A stretch of 64,000 bases of DNA from contig JAEMQS010000017.1 of NCBI GenBank assembly GCA_016463765.1, forward strand, positions 10,168 through 74,167. The letters are read 5' to 3'. The notes beneath the pieces are model-generated. The model saw only the letters and a program-made list of their open reading frames with translations. It ran no database searches and was not told the DNA's origin. This document shows, in pieces, positions 30,312 through 38,442 of the stretch. Source of the DNA: Solirubrobacteraceae bacterium. GTDB lineage: Bacteria; Actinomycetota; Thermoleophilia; Solirubrobacterales; Solirubrobacteraceae. The position numbers and the translations under genes were made by a program. How positions within the stretch are numbered: the stretch's first letter is position 1; each line of letters opens with the position of its first letter.

Positions 30312-32623
30312 GCCCGCGGCCGCCGCTTGTCGGGGTCGTAGAACGGGACCGCCGTCACGGTGGCGTCCAGGGTCCGCCGGCGCCCCTCGGCACGCTGCAC
30401 GGTGAGCGCGGCGCCGTCGTTCGCGTGCTGGACGGCCACCCGGGCGAGCGCGACCGGCGCGCGGCGGTGGGGGGAGACGACGGCGCTGGTGACGACACCG
30501 ACGTCGCGGCGCCCGGCCAAGACGGCGTCGCCGTGGGCGGGTGCCTCACCGCCGTCGAGCAGCAGTCCGACGAGCTGCTCGCGCGGGTGGTCGCGCCGCT
30601 CGATGAGCGCGTCGCGGCCCGTGAAGTCCTCGCCGTCGAGTGCGACGGTGAAGCCGATCCCCGCCTCGTACGGGTCCTCGCCGTTGCCGAACTCGTGGCC
30701 CGCGAGAATGAGCCCGGCCTCGACACGCAGCAGCTCCAGCGCGTCGAGCCCGAGCGGCGCGATCCCGTGGTCCGCGCCCGCGTCGAGGACCGCGTCCCAG
30801 ACCGCCTCGCCATCGCGGGGATGGCAGAAGACCTCGTAGCCCAGCTCGCCGGTGTAACCCGTGCGCGAGACGACGACCGGGACGCCCTGCGGCCCGCCGA
30901 TCCGCCCGACGAGAAAGCGGAACCAGCGCAGGTCGGCGAGGTCGGGCTGGGTGGGGGAGGACCAGACGACCGACGTGAGCAGGTCGCGGCTGCGGGGACC
31001 CTGGATGGCGAGGTTGTGCAGGTCGTCGGTGGCGGCCTTGATCCACACCCGCTCGAGGCCATGGCGCTCCGCGGTCTCGCGCAGCACCAGCTCGTCGGTG
31101 TCGCAGCCCCCGATGAACCGCCAGTTGTCCTGGCCCAGGCGGAACACCGTCGCGTCGTCGACCATCGCCCCGGTCTCGTCGCACACCGCCGTGTAGGAGA
31201 CCTGGCCGACGGCGATCCGCCGGGCGTCGCGCGTGATGGTGCGCTGGATGAGCGTCTCGGCGTCGGGCCCGACGACCTCCCACTTGCGCAGCTGCGAGAG
31301 GTCCATCACCGCGACACGCTCGCGGCACGCCAGGTACTCGGCGGTCGCACCGTGGCCGTGGAAGCGCTCGGGCAGCCAGAAGCCGCCGCCGCCGTCCGTC
31401 ATGTCCGCACCCAGCGCGCGAACCCGCGCGCCGAAGGCCGAGTCGGTCGTCATGCGGGGTGGCAGCTCGATGTCCGGCCGATGCGCGATCGCGACGCTGA
31501 AGCGGTGCTCGGGGCGATAGACGCGGACGTGCACGTCGGTCACCTCCCATCCGTTGGAGGGGTCGATGTCGTCGGGGCAGGCCGACGACGCGCAGACGAG
31601 GTCGTCGAGCGCGCGCAGCAGGACGTGGTCGCCGGGCCGCGACCACGGCTCGTCGCCGACCAGCAGGTGCGATGCGTCGAAGGCCGTGTTGTAGAAGAGG
31701 TTCAGCGCGGGCCAGCCGCCGCGCGGCGCGATGCCCCACGGCGCGAGGACCCCGTTGAAGTTGTCGGTGCAGTTGACGTGGCCGGGGTAGCCGAGGTCCT
31801 CGTAGTAGCGCGCCGTGCACGCCAGGGCGAAGGTGTCGTGCCGGCCCACCGTGTCCTGCACGACCTCGATGAGCGGCAGCAGGTCGGTGTCGAAGAACTT
31901 GCCGCGCAGCCCGGGTTCGGGGTAGGCGCGCCCGGTCATCGAGCGGGTCGCCGTCGCATCGAGACCGCGCTCGATGCCGTCTTCCAGCTTCCCGCGTGCG
32001 AAGGCGACGAAGTCCGAGCACTGGCGCCCGGCGACGTCGATGATCTGGATGTATTCCCCGGCCTGGACGGTGTAGTCGCGAGCGGTGGCGGCGTCGACGC
32101 GCAGCTCCAGGCGCGGCTCGGCCAGCGGGGGCGGCAGCTCGGCCTCCTCCCGCACGGCGGGCGCGGCGCGGTGCAGCTGCAGCAGCAGGTCCGGCGCGTC
32201 GGGCTCGCCGGTCTCCGGCGCGGCGACGACGAGCACGGCGTCGCGGGCGGCGACGGCGGCGAAGACCGGGTCGAGGGTCAGCCGCGCCGACCGCGCCGCG
32301 TGCAGGTCGGCGCCGCCGGCGTGCAGCGTTCGCGCGAACGCACCGCCGTCCGATCCGGCCAGCGCCCGCAGCAGCCCGGCCGGGCCGTCGGGCGCCAGGC
32401 CCAGCGCGTCGAACGCCTCGACCCCGGCGTGGTCGATGAGCGTGACCTCGACGGCGCGCCCGCCCTGCGGGTCGACGAGCTCGACACGGTCGTCGCCGCG
32501 CAGCGCCACCGCCGTCGCCCCGCCCGGCCGCACCCAGAACGACTCACGCTCGCGGCGCACCGCGAGCAGGCCGTCGCTCGCCAGCGGCGCTCCCGGTCCG
32601 GCGATCGCGTCGATCGCGGCCAC
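30308..32623 (-). CDS. tdm: Trimethylamine N-oxide demethylase (DUF1989 + GcvT folate-binding domains)
   Basis: GEYIQIIDVAGRQCSDF, QDTVGRHDTFALAC, YPGHVNC, EPWSRPGD, SSACPDD, then GcvT motifs (DLSQLRK, SRTGYTGELGYE, LRVEAGL, PFYDP). Confidence 0.85.
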   Translation of the reverse strand: MAAIDAIAGPGAPLASDGLLAVRRERESFWVRPGGATAVALRGDDRVELVDPQGGRAVEVTLIDHAGVEAFDALGLAPDGPAGLLRALAGSDGGAFARTLHAGGADLHAARSARLTLDPVFAAVAARDAVLVVAAPETGEPDAPDLLLQLHRAAPAVREEAELPPPLAEPRLELRVDAATARDYTVQAGEYIQIIDVAGRQCSDFVAFARGKLEDGIERGLDATATRSMTGRAYPEPGLRGKFFDTDLLPLIEVVQDTVGRHDTFALACTARYYEDLGYPGHVNCTDNFNGVLAPWGIAPRGGWPALNLFYNTAFDASHLLVGDEPWSRPGDHVLLRALDDLVCASSACPDDIDPSNGWEVTDVHVRVYRPEHRFSVAIAHRPDIELPPRMTTDSAFGARVRALGADMTDGGGGFWLPERFHGHGATAEYLACRERVAVMDLSQLRKWEVVGPDAETLIQRTITRDARRIAVGQVSYTAVCDETGAMVDDATVFRLGQDNWRFIGGCDTDELVLRETAERHGLERVWIKAATDDLHNLAIQGPRSRDLLTSVVWSSPTQPDLADLRWFRFLVGRIGGPQGVPVVVSRTGYTGELGYEVFCHPRDGEAVWDAVLDAGADHGIAPLGLDALELLRVEAGLILAGHEFGNGEDPYEAGIGFTVALDGEDFTGRDALIERRDHPREQLVGLLLDGGEAPAHGDAVLAGRRDVGVVTSAVVSPHRRAPVALARVAVQHANDGAALTVQRAEGRRRTLDATVTAVPFYDPDKRRPRA

Positions 32624-32629
32624 GTTCGT

Positions 32630-34024
32630 CTACGCGGCCGCGGTGTCCGCCGCCTCGGCCAGGAGCTGCTCGGCCAGCGCGCGCTTGCCATCGGCGTCAA
32701 GCTTCTTGATCTCGTTCTCGACCGCCCGCCGGTTGTACGTCTGGTTCCAGTAGTCCAGCGCGTCGAAGCCCAGCAGGGCAGCCTTGCCGACGAACTGGCG
32801 CAGCACCTCGTTCGTCGGGCCCATGACCCAGCCGGCCTTCGCGTCGCGGAGGTACCGCTCGAGCTCCATGTCGCCGCGCTTGTAGCCCGTGCCGCCGCAG
32901 GCGTGCAGCATCTTGTCGACGACGTGCGCGGTGTTCTTCGCCGCGATGAACTTGATCTGCCACGACCAGTGCAGGAACCCCGCGCGGGCGAACTCGCCGA
33001 CCGCCAGCTCCTTCGTGTTGCCGTCGGTCGCCTCGTCCATGGCCTGGGCGACGCTGAACGTGAACAACCGGGCGGCGTTCGTGTCCATGATCGCCTCGCC
33101 GACGTAGTCCTGGATCGTCGGGTAGTCGGCGACGCGCAGGCCGACGTCGGCGTGGCGCTTGCGCGTGGTCTGGCGCTTGGCGATGTCGATCGCGCCCATC
33201 GCCAGGCCGTTCCACACCGACGAGGAGCCGATGAGGAACCACGGGTCCACTGACTCGTCGTTCGACGCCGCGCCGTCACCGACCGGCCCGACGATGCGGT
33301 CGGCGCCCAGCTCGGCGCTCGGCACCTCCAGCGGGCCGGACTGGTTGCCGCGCAGGCCCATCGCGTCCCAGGTCGCGGGCTTGGCCTCGGCGTCCTCGGC
33401 GTCGACGACGAAGACGGAGAGGTCGTCGTAGCCGCTGAAGTCCGGCGATGTCGTCTGCACGACGTAGAAGTCGGCAAAGCCCGCCGAGGTCGTCCACGAC
33501 GCCTTCTTGTGGACCGTGAAGCCGCCGTCGGGCAGCCGCTCGGCACCGGAGCTGATCGGGTACCAGAAGTGCGATCCGGTCTCCGGGTCGGAGTACGACA
33601 GCGTGCCGAGCTTGCCCTCGTTCAGCGGGCGGATGTACCGGTCGATCAGCTCGGGTGTCGGGCGGAACATGATCGCGTTGACCGCGCCCATGTGCATGAC
33701 GTAACACATGGCCGTCGACGCGCAGCCGTACCGCGCGATCGTCTCGCAGACCATCGCGAAGCAGACGTGGTCCTGCCCGAGTCCGCCGTACTCCTCGGGC
33801 ACGGTCAGGGCGAGCAGCCCCAGTTCGGAGCCCAGCAGCTCGAGGTTCTCGCGGGGATAGACCAGGCCGTCGTCGGAGACCTTCGCGTTGTCGCGCAGCT
33901 TGGTCTCGCACAGCGCGATCAGCTTCGCGCGCAGCTCCTGCTGGTCCTCGGTCAGGACCCAGTCCGGGTCCCAGTCGTAGCCGAGCCCCCAGAACGGGGC
34001 GGCGCCCCACATCTTCTCCGTCAT
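32630..34024 (-). CDS. ACAD-fold flavoprotein, probable two-component monooxygenase (catalytic Glu absent)
   Basis: VPEEYGGLG, CASTAM, SDPETGSH, WDAMGLRGNQSG, LERYLRDAKAGWVMGPT; ATG 34024 overlaps the dmmC stop. Confidence 0.8.
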   Translation of the reverse strand: MTEKMWGAAPFWGLGYDWDPDWVLTEDQQELRAKLIALCETKLRDNAKVSDDGLVYPRENLELLGSELGLLALTVPEEYGGLGQDHVCFAMVCETIARYGCASTAMCYVMHMGAVNAIMFRPTPELIDRYIRPLNEGKLGTLSYSDPETGSHFWYPISSGAERLPDGGFTVHKKASWTTSAGFADFYVVQTTSPDFSGYDDLSVFVVDAEDAEAKPATWDAMGLRGNQSGPLEVPSAELGADRIVGPVGDGAASNDESVDPWFLIGSSSVWNGLAMGAIDIAKRQTTRKRHADVGLRVADYPTIQDYVGEAIMDTNAARLFTFSVAQAMDEATDGNTKELAVGEFARAGFLHWSWQIKFIAAKNTAHVVDKMLHACGGTGYKRGDMELERYLRDAKAGWVMGPTNEVLRQFVGKAALLGFDALDYWNQTYNRRAVENEIKKLDADGKRALAEQLLAEAADTAAA

Positions 34025-35013
34025 GCGGCGGTCGCTCCCAGGGTCGCGTTGCGCTCGGCCAGCCACTGCACCGTCATGTCGCGGTAGCGGGCCAGGCCCT
34101 TGTAGTCGGTCAGGTCGTCGGGCAGCGAGGCCAGCACGCGCTCCAGGCGCATCGACCACGCCGGGACGGTGCAGAGCTCGTCGAGCGAGATGAGATACGT
34201 GCGGATCGGGAACATCACCGCGTTGCTGCGCGGCAGCCGCACGAAGTGCTGGACCTCGACGCGCAGGTGCAGCCGGGGGCCGATCTCGTCGTACGTCAGC
34301 GACGCGCGGTCCGGGCCCCACTCGGGGTAGACCTCGGTCACGGTGTCCAGCCGCCGGCCGACGGTCATCGTCCAGTTCGTGCGGCGGAAGTTCTGCCCGG
34401 CGCGCAGGCCCAGCAGGAACGTGTGGGCGCGCTGGAAGACGCCGAGCTCGTGGGCGCGCGGCACCGGCCCGTGGATCTCCAGGAAGCTCATGCCCAGGTC
34501 GAAGTCCAGCGACCAGTCCGCGCCGAACGTGAGGATGCCCGCGTCGACGTACAGCGCGTCCCCGCGGTGGTCGAGTAGCTCGATGTCCTCCTGGACCTGG
34601 CGCATCATCCAGTGGAAGGGCTCCTCGGGCAGCGTGTCCTCCACCCCGGGCGTGAAGACCTGCTCGAGGTCGAGCAGCCGGTTGGTCCAGCGCACCTCGC
34701 CGCCGCGCTCCTCGCGGGAGAACCAGTCCGGGTAGTCGGTGGCCATCGAGGTGGTCGCGTGCTCGACGACGTCCCACGCCGCCTCGCGCATGTGCGGCAG
34801 CACCTGACAGCGCAACGGGTCGCGGGCCAGGATCTCGTTGCGCAGCGCGATCTCGTCGCGGTAGTGCTCGCAGACGTCGTAGACCCGTCCGCCCCAGCCC
34901 GCCATCCCGTTGTCGCGGACCTGGTCGGCCGGCTCCACGTTCGTGGAGTACATGTACGTGTCCTGGTCGAACGGAAACGGGAAGTGGGCGATCGCGTCGG
35001 GGCTGTTGGCCAT
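34021..35013 (-). CDS. dmmC: Heme-dependent dimethylamine monooxygenase / N-demethylase alpha subunit (DUF3445)
   Basis: FPFPF..D.Y.YSTNVEP, QVQED, DWSLDFDLGMSFLEIHGPVP, RRTNWT, HLRVEVQ, LPRSNAVMFPIRTY. Confidence 0.9.
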   Translation of the reverse strand: MANSPDAIAHFPFPFDQDTYMYSTNVEPADQVRDNGMAGWGGRVYDVCEHYRDEIALRNEILARDPLRCQVLPHMREAAWDVVEHATTSMATDYPDWFSREERGGEVRWTNRLLDLEQVFTPGVEDTLPEEPFHWMMRQVQEDIELLDHRGDALYVDAGILTFGADWSLDFDLGMSFLEIHGPVPRAHELGVFQRAHTFLLGLRAGQNFRRTNWTMTVGRRLDTVTEVYPEWGPDRASLTYDEIGPRLHLRVEVQHFVRLPRSNAVMFPIRTYLISLDELCTVPAWSMRLERVLASLPDDLTDYKGLARYRDMTVQWLAERNATLGATAA

Positions 35014-35026
35014 GGATGGGCTCGTG

Positions 35027-35977
35027 TCAGAGGTCGAGGACGAGGGGCCCGCGCGCGCAGCGCGAGACGCAGGGCATGAGCGCGGAGCCGTGCTCCTCCG
35101 CGGGGAGGAAGATGTCGCGGTGGTCGGGCGTGCCGTCGACGATCGGCGTGCGGCACTCGCCGCAGATGCCCTGCCGGCACAGGTACGGGATCTCGATGCC
35201 GCGGTCCTCGAGCGCCTCGAGCAGGGTCAGCTCCGCAGGGACCTCGATGACCTCGTCGGTGCTGGCCAGGCGCACGCTGAACGGCAGGCGCGGGGCCTCG
35301 TCGAGCGCGAAGCGCTCGAGGTGCAGCCGGCTCTCGGGCCAGCCCAGCTCGCGCGCGAGGCCGAGCACGGCGTCCATCATCGGCGCGGGCCCGCACACCG
35401 ACAGGTGCGTGCCCAGCGGCTGTCCCGCAAGGCGCTCGCGCAGTCCCGCGAGCACGGCGGTGCCATCGTCGTCGACGTACGTGCTCAGTGCCCCGGGGCT
35501 CGCCGCCGCCAGGTCGTCCAGGAGCGCCGCGTGCTCGGGCCCGCGGAACGCGTAGTGCAGTTCGAACGGCACGCCGTCCCGTGCGAGCGCGTGGGCGTAG
35601 GCGACGAACGGCGTCACGCCGATGCCGCCTGCCACCAGGACGTGCCGGGTGGCCGCCCGGTCGGGCGCGAAGAGGTTGTGAGGCGGCTCGATTTCGATGA
35701 CGTCGCCCCAGCGGACACGCTCGTGCATGCCGACCGATCCGCCGCGGCCCTCGTCGATGCGGCGCACGGCGATCCGATAGCGGTCCTGTTCCCATGGGGA
35801 GGACGCCAGGGAGTACGGGTTCTTGCGCACGCGGTCCTCGCCGGGAACATGGACCACCACGTGGCTGCCCGGCGAGAACGGCGGCAGCGGCGTGCCGTTG
35901 AGCGGCACGAGATCGAACGCGCGGATCTCGGGCGTGAGTTCCGTGATCTCGGCGACGCGCACCTTGATGGTGGTCAC
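35027..35977 (-). CDS. dmmB: PDR/VanB-type FMN/2Fe-2S reductase (dimethylamine monooxygenase reductase)
   Basis: NPYSL, GRGGS, AGGIGVTP, VCGP, CRQGICGEC...CVSR; GTGA overlap with dmmA. Confidence 0.88.
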   Translation of the reverse strand: MTTIKVRVAEITELTPEIRAFDLVPLNGTPLPPFSPGSHVVVHVPGEDRVRKNPYSLASSPWEQDRYRIAVRRIDEGRGGSVGMHERVRWGDVIEIEPPHNLFAPDRAATRHVLVAGGIGVTPFVAYAHALARDGVPFELHYAFRGPEHAALLDDLAAASPGALSTYVDDDGTAVLAGLRERLAGQPLGTHLSVCGPAPMMDAVLGLARELGWPESRLHLERFALDEAPRLPFSVRLASTDEVIEVPAELTLLEALEDRGIEIPYLCRQGICGECRTPIVDGTPDHRDIFLPAEEHGSALMPCVSRCARGPLVLDL

Positions 35978-36498
35978 GGCCACGCCACCTCCGGCTCGGG
36001 GAGTTCGCCCGGCGCCTCGGCGTCGGCCTGGAAGCCGAGGTACGCGCCGTGGCGCCTGGAGAAGTGGTGGAAGACCTCGAGCGTGCGCCCGCAGCCGGCG
36101 CACGGCGCGACCGTGGTCGTGACGTCCTCGGTGACGGTCCGGCAGTGCGAGCACCAGACCCGGCGGGCAGCCGACGCGGTCACGGCGGTCTGCAGCTCGT
36201 CGTCGAGGATCCCGGCGGCGTGCGCGACGGCGGCGGTCGCCCGGACGAAGCCATCGTCGCCGGCGAGATAGACCCGGACGCCGACCTGGGCCTCGGCCAA
36301 CAGCGTGCCGAGCTTGTCGAGCACCGCGGCGGTGCCGGCGGTGCCGGTGTGCAGCAGCGTGACGTCGCGGCCGGCCGACCGCGCGTCGGCGAGCAGCTGC
36401 TCGACCTCGGGGCCGAGCGGACCGGCGACGACGACGTGGCGCACCCCGGACGGATCGAACGTCAGCGACCCGTCCTTCGGCAGCGTCGTGTGCTCCAT
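35974..36498 (-). CDS. dmmA: Dimethylamine monooxygenase subunit DmmA
   Basis: RVWCSHCR...CAGCGR.LEV.HHFSRRHGAYLGF; position before dmmB-dmmC. Confidence 0.85.
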   Translation of the reverse strand: MEHTTLPKDGSLTFDPSGVRHVVVAGPLGPEVEQLLADARSAGRDVTLLHTGTAGTAAVLDKLGTLLAEAQVGVRVYLAGDDGFVRATAAVAHAAGILDDELQTAVTASAARRVWCSHCRTVTEDVTTTVAPCAGCGRTLEVFHHFSRRHGAYLGFQADAEAPGELPEPEVAWP

Positions 36499-36552
36499 GG
36501 AGACCCCGTACGGCATCACCGCACATGCTCGATGGCGGGCCACCGGCATCCC

Positions 36553-36593
36553 ACCGACCACCGGTCCAACGTCCGATGGACAAATAGGTACAG
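36553..36593. promoter_or_regulatory. Tandem operator upstream of dmmA
   Basis: CCGAC-N5-GTCCA and TGGAC-N6-GTACA; aligns with 38371-38409. Confidence 0.65.
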
Positions 36594-36614
36594 CCTGGAC
36601 AGGAGGCAGAACGA

Positions 36615-36650
36615 CGGCGGCCCCGCGAACCGAGGTCCGCGGGGCCGCCG
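36615..36650 (-). terminator. Intrinsic terminator after the amt-small protein operon
   Basis: CGGCGGCCCCGCG...CGCGGGGCCGCCG 13-bp stem. Confidence 0.75.
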
Positions 36651-36678
36651 CCCGACTGAGGGTGCTGCGGTGCGACGT

Positions 36679-36918
36679 CTAGGACGCGGCCACCGGATCG
36701 GTGGCCGGCTCCTCGCCGATGGGGGCGGCGGCGTGCATCGAGGTGTCGCCCTCGATGCTCTCGCAGCCCGCGTACGCCTTGTTCTCGTGATTGATCATGT
36801 AGGCGATCAACCCGCAGAACACGACCACGCCGAGGATGAACGTGATCCAGACACCGAGGGAGTCGCCACCGAACGTGAAGTAGTCGGCCGCGCCCTCGAA
36901 GTCATCGATCGGGATCAT
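36679..36918 (-). CDS. Small single-pass membrane protein downstream of the amt-like gene
   Basis: SD GAAGGAG; YFTFG...TM helix...HENKAY. Confidence 0.8.
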   Translation of the reverse strand: MIPIDDFEGAADYFTFGGDSLGVWITFILGVVVFCGLIAYMINHENKAYAGCESIEGDTSMHAAAPIGEEPATDPVAAS

Positions 36919-36946
36919 GGTGTGTGTACTCCTTCGCTAGGTGGGA

Positions 36947-38290
36947 TCAGCGCTCAGGCGCCGCGGGGACGGTGGGGCTCGGGGCGGCGGCGGCCGAGCC
37001 GTTGCGGCCCACCGTCGACGGGATGCCCTCCGGGTACGGCACAGAGGGGACCTCGGCGAGGTCGAGGCCCATGACCTCGGCGTGCGCCGGCACCCGCAGG
37101 ATGCCCGCCTTCTTCAGGACCCAGGCCAGCACGTAGCCGGGGATGAAGCCGAGGGCGATGAACGCCACCATGCAGACCGCCTGGCCGTACAGGGTCGTGT
37201 CCGGGCCGACGACGTTCGGGTAACCCCAGGCGAAGATGCCGCAGGCCAGCAGCGACCAGGCGCCACACACGCCATGGACCGACACGGCGCCGACGGCGTC
37301 GTCGATGCCGAACCGCTCGATGAGCCGGCCCGAGTACGGGATCAGGAAGCCGCCGATGATGGCGATCAGGAACGCCAGCCCCGGGTAGTAGACGTCCAGG
37401 CCCGCACCCGCCGAGATGACGCCGGCGAGTCCGCCGGAGATCGTCCAGAACGGCTCGCCCTTCGACGCGATGTACGCGCCGATGATGCCGCCGGCCAGCG
37501 CCATGAGCGTGTTGAACACGAAGGCCGACATGTTCGTCGGGGTGCCGTAGATGGTGTTGAAGCCCTCGCCGGTGTAGATCAGGCAGCCCATGAGGAAGCC
37601 GAAGAAGCCGACGAAGATCAGCATGAGCCCGAGCATCGCGAGCGGCAGGTTGTGCGGCTTGATCGTGACGGCCCGGCCATCGGCGTCGAACCGTCCGATG
37701 CGCGGTCCGAGATGGATCAGCACGCCGAGCGTGAACGCACCGGCGATGAGGTGGACACAGCCCGCGGCGCCGACGTCATGCAGGCCGAACTCGGTGAGCA
37801 TCCAGCCCGCCGGGTGCCAGCCCCACGCCGCCCCGATGATCCAGACGACCGAACCGAGGAAGGTCGCGAGGATCAGGAAGGCGCTCACGCGGACGCGCTC
37901 GATGAGCGCACCGGACATGATCGACGCCGTCGTGGCGGCGAAGAGCGCGAAGGCGCCCCAGAAGACACCGCTGGCGGCGTCCTGGAGATTCGGCCCCATG
38001 TTCGCGCTCCACGGCAACGCGCCCTTGGCGAGCTCGTCGAGTCGCGGAACACCGGTCGGCATCGCGTTGTAGAGGAACCACCCGACGAAGAAGAACGACG
38101 GGATGACGACCGCGAGGGCCAGCAGGTTCTTCATGGAGGCGGCGAGCACGTTCTTCACGCGCGACGCCCCGCTCTCATACGCGAGGAATCCTGCGTGGAT
38201 GACCAGCATCAATGCGATGCTCATCCAGTAGAAGAACTCCATGTTGACGGCGTTGATGGTGTCCAACGCCTCTGTGACCTCTGGAGTCAC
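36947..38290 (-). CDS. amt: Amt-family transporter, probable methylamine permease
   Basis: GTG 38290 after AGGAGG; IMSGALIER, HDVGAAGCVH, LGPRIGRF, PHNLP, IDDAVGAVSVHG, EVMGLD. Confidence 0.9.
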   Translation of the reverse strand: MTPEVTEALDTINAVNMEFFYWMSIALMLVIHAGFLAYESGASRVKNVLAASMKNLLALAVVIPSFFFVGWFLYNAMPTGVPRLDELAKGALPWSANMGPNLQDAASGVFWGAFALFAATTASIMSGALIERVRVSAFLILATFLGSVVWIIGAAWGWHPAGWMLTEFGLHDVGAAGCVHLIAGAFTLGVLIHLGPRIGRFDADGRAVTIKPHNLPLAMLGLMLIFVGFFGFLMGCLIYTGEGFNTIYGTPTNMSAFVFNTLMALAGGIIGAYIASKGEPFWTISGGLAGVISAGAGLDVYYPGLAFLIAIIGGFLIPYSGRLIERFGIDDAVGAVSVHGVCGAWSLLACGIFAWGYPNVVGPDTTLYGQAVCMVAFIALGFIPGYVLAWVLKKAGILRVPAHAEVMGLDLAEVPSVPYPEGIPSTVGRNGSAAAAPSPTVPAAPER

Positions 38291-38370
38291 CTGAACCTCC
38301 TGGAAGCTGGCATGACGGCCCGCCGCAGCGGGGGTCACGCCATCATCCGGCGCGTTGCGCAGAGCGCACA

Positions 38371-38409
38371 CGGACCGTCGGTCCGAACTCGCTGGGCAAA
38401 TTTGTCCAG
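38371..38409. promoter_or_regulatory. Tandem palindromic operator upstream of amt
   Basis: CGGACCG-T-CGGTCCG (38371-38385) and CTGGGCAAATTTGTCCAG (38392-38409). Confidence 0.72.
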
Positions 38410-38442
38410 TCGGTAGGTCGGGCCGGGCGGGCCGATTTCGGG

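Noticed and set aside
30233-33253. 1006-aa plus-strand ORF and other long antisense or alternate-frame ORFs (e.g. 9420-11804, 51455-53719, 43552-45498)
   Set aside because: Shadow ORFs from high GC and codon bias opposite well-supported genes; no recognisable motifs
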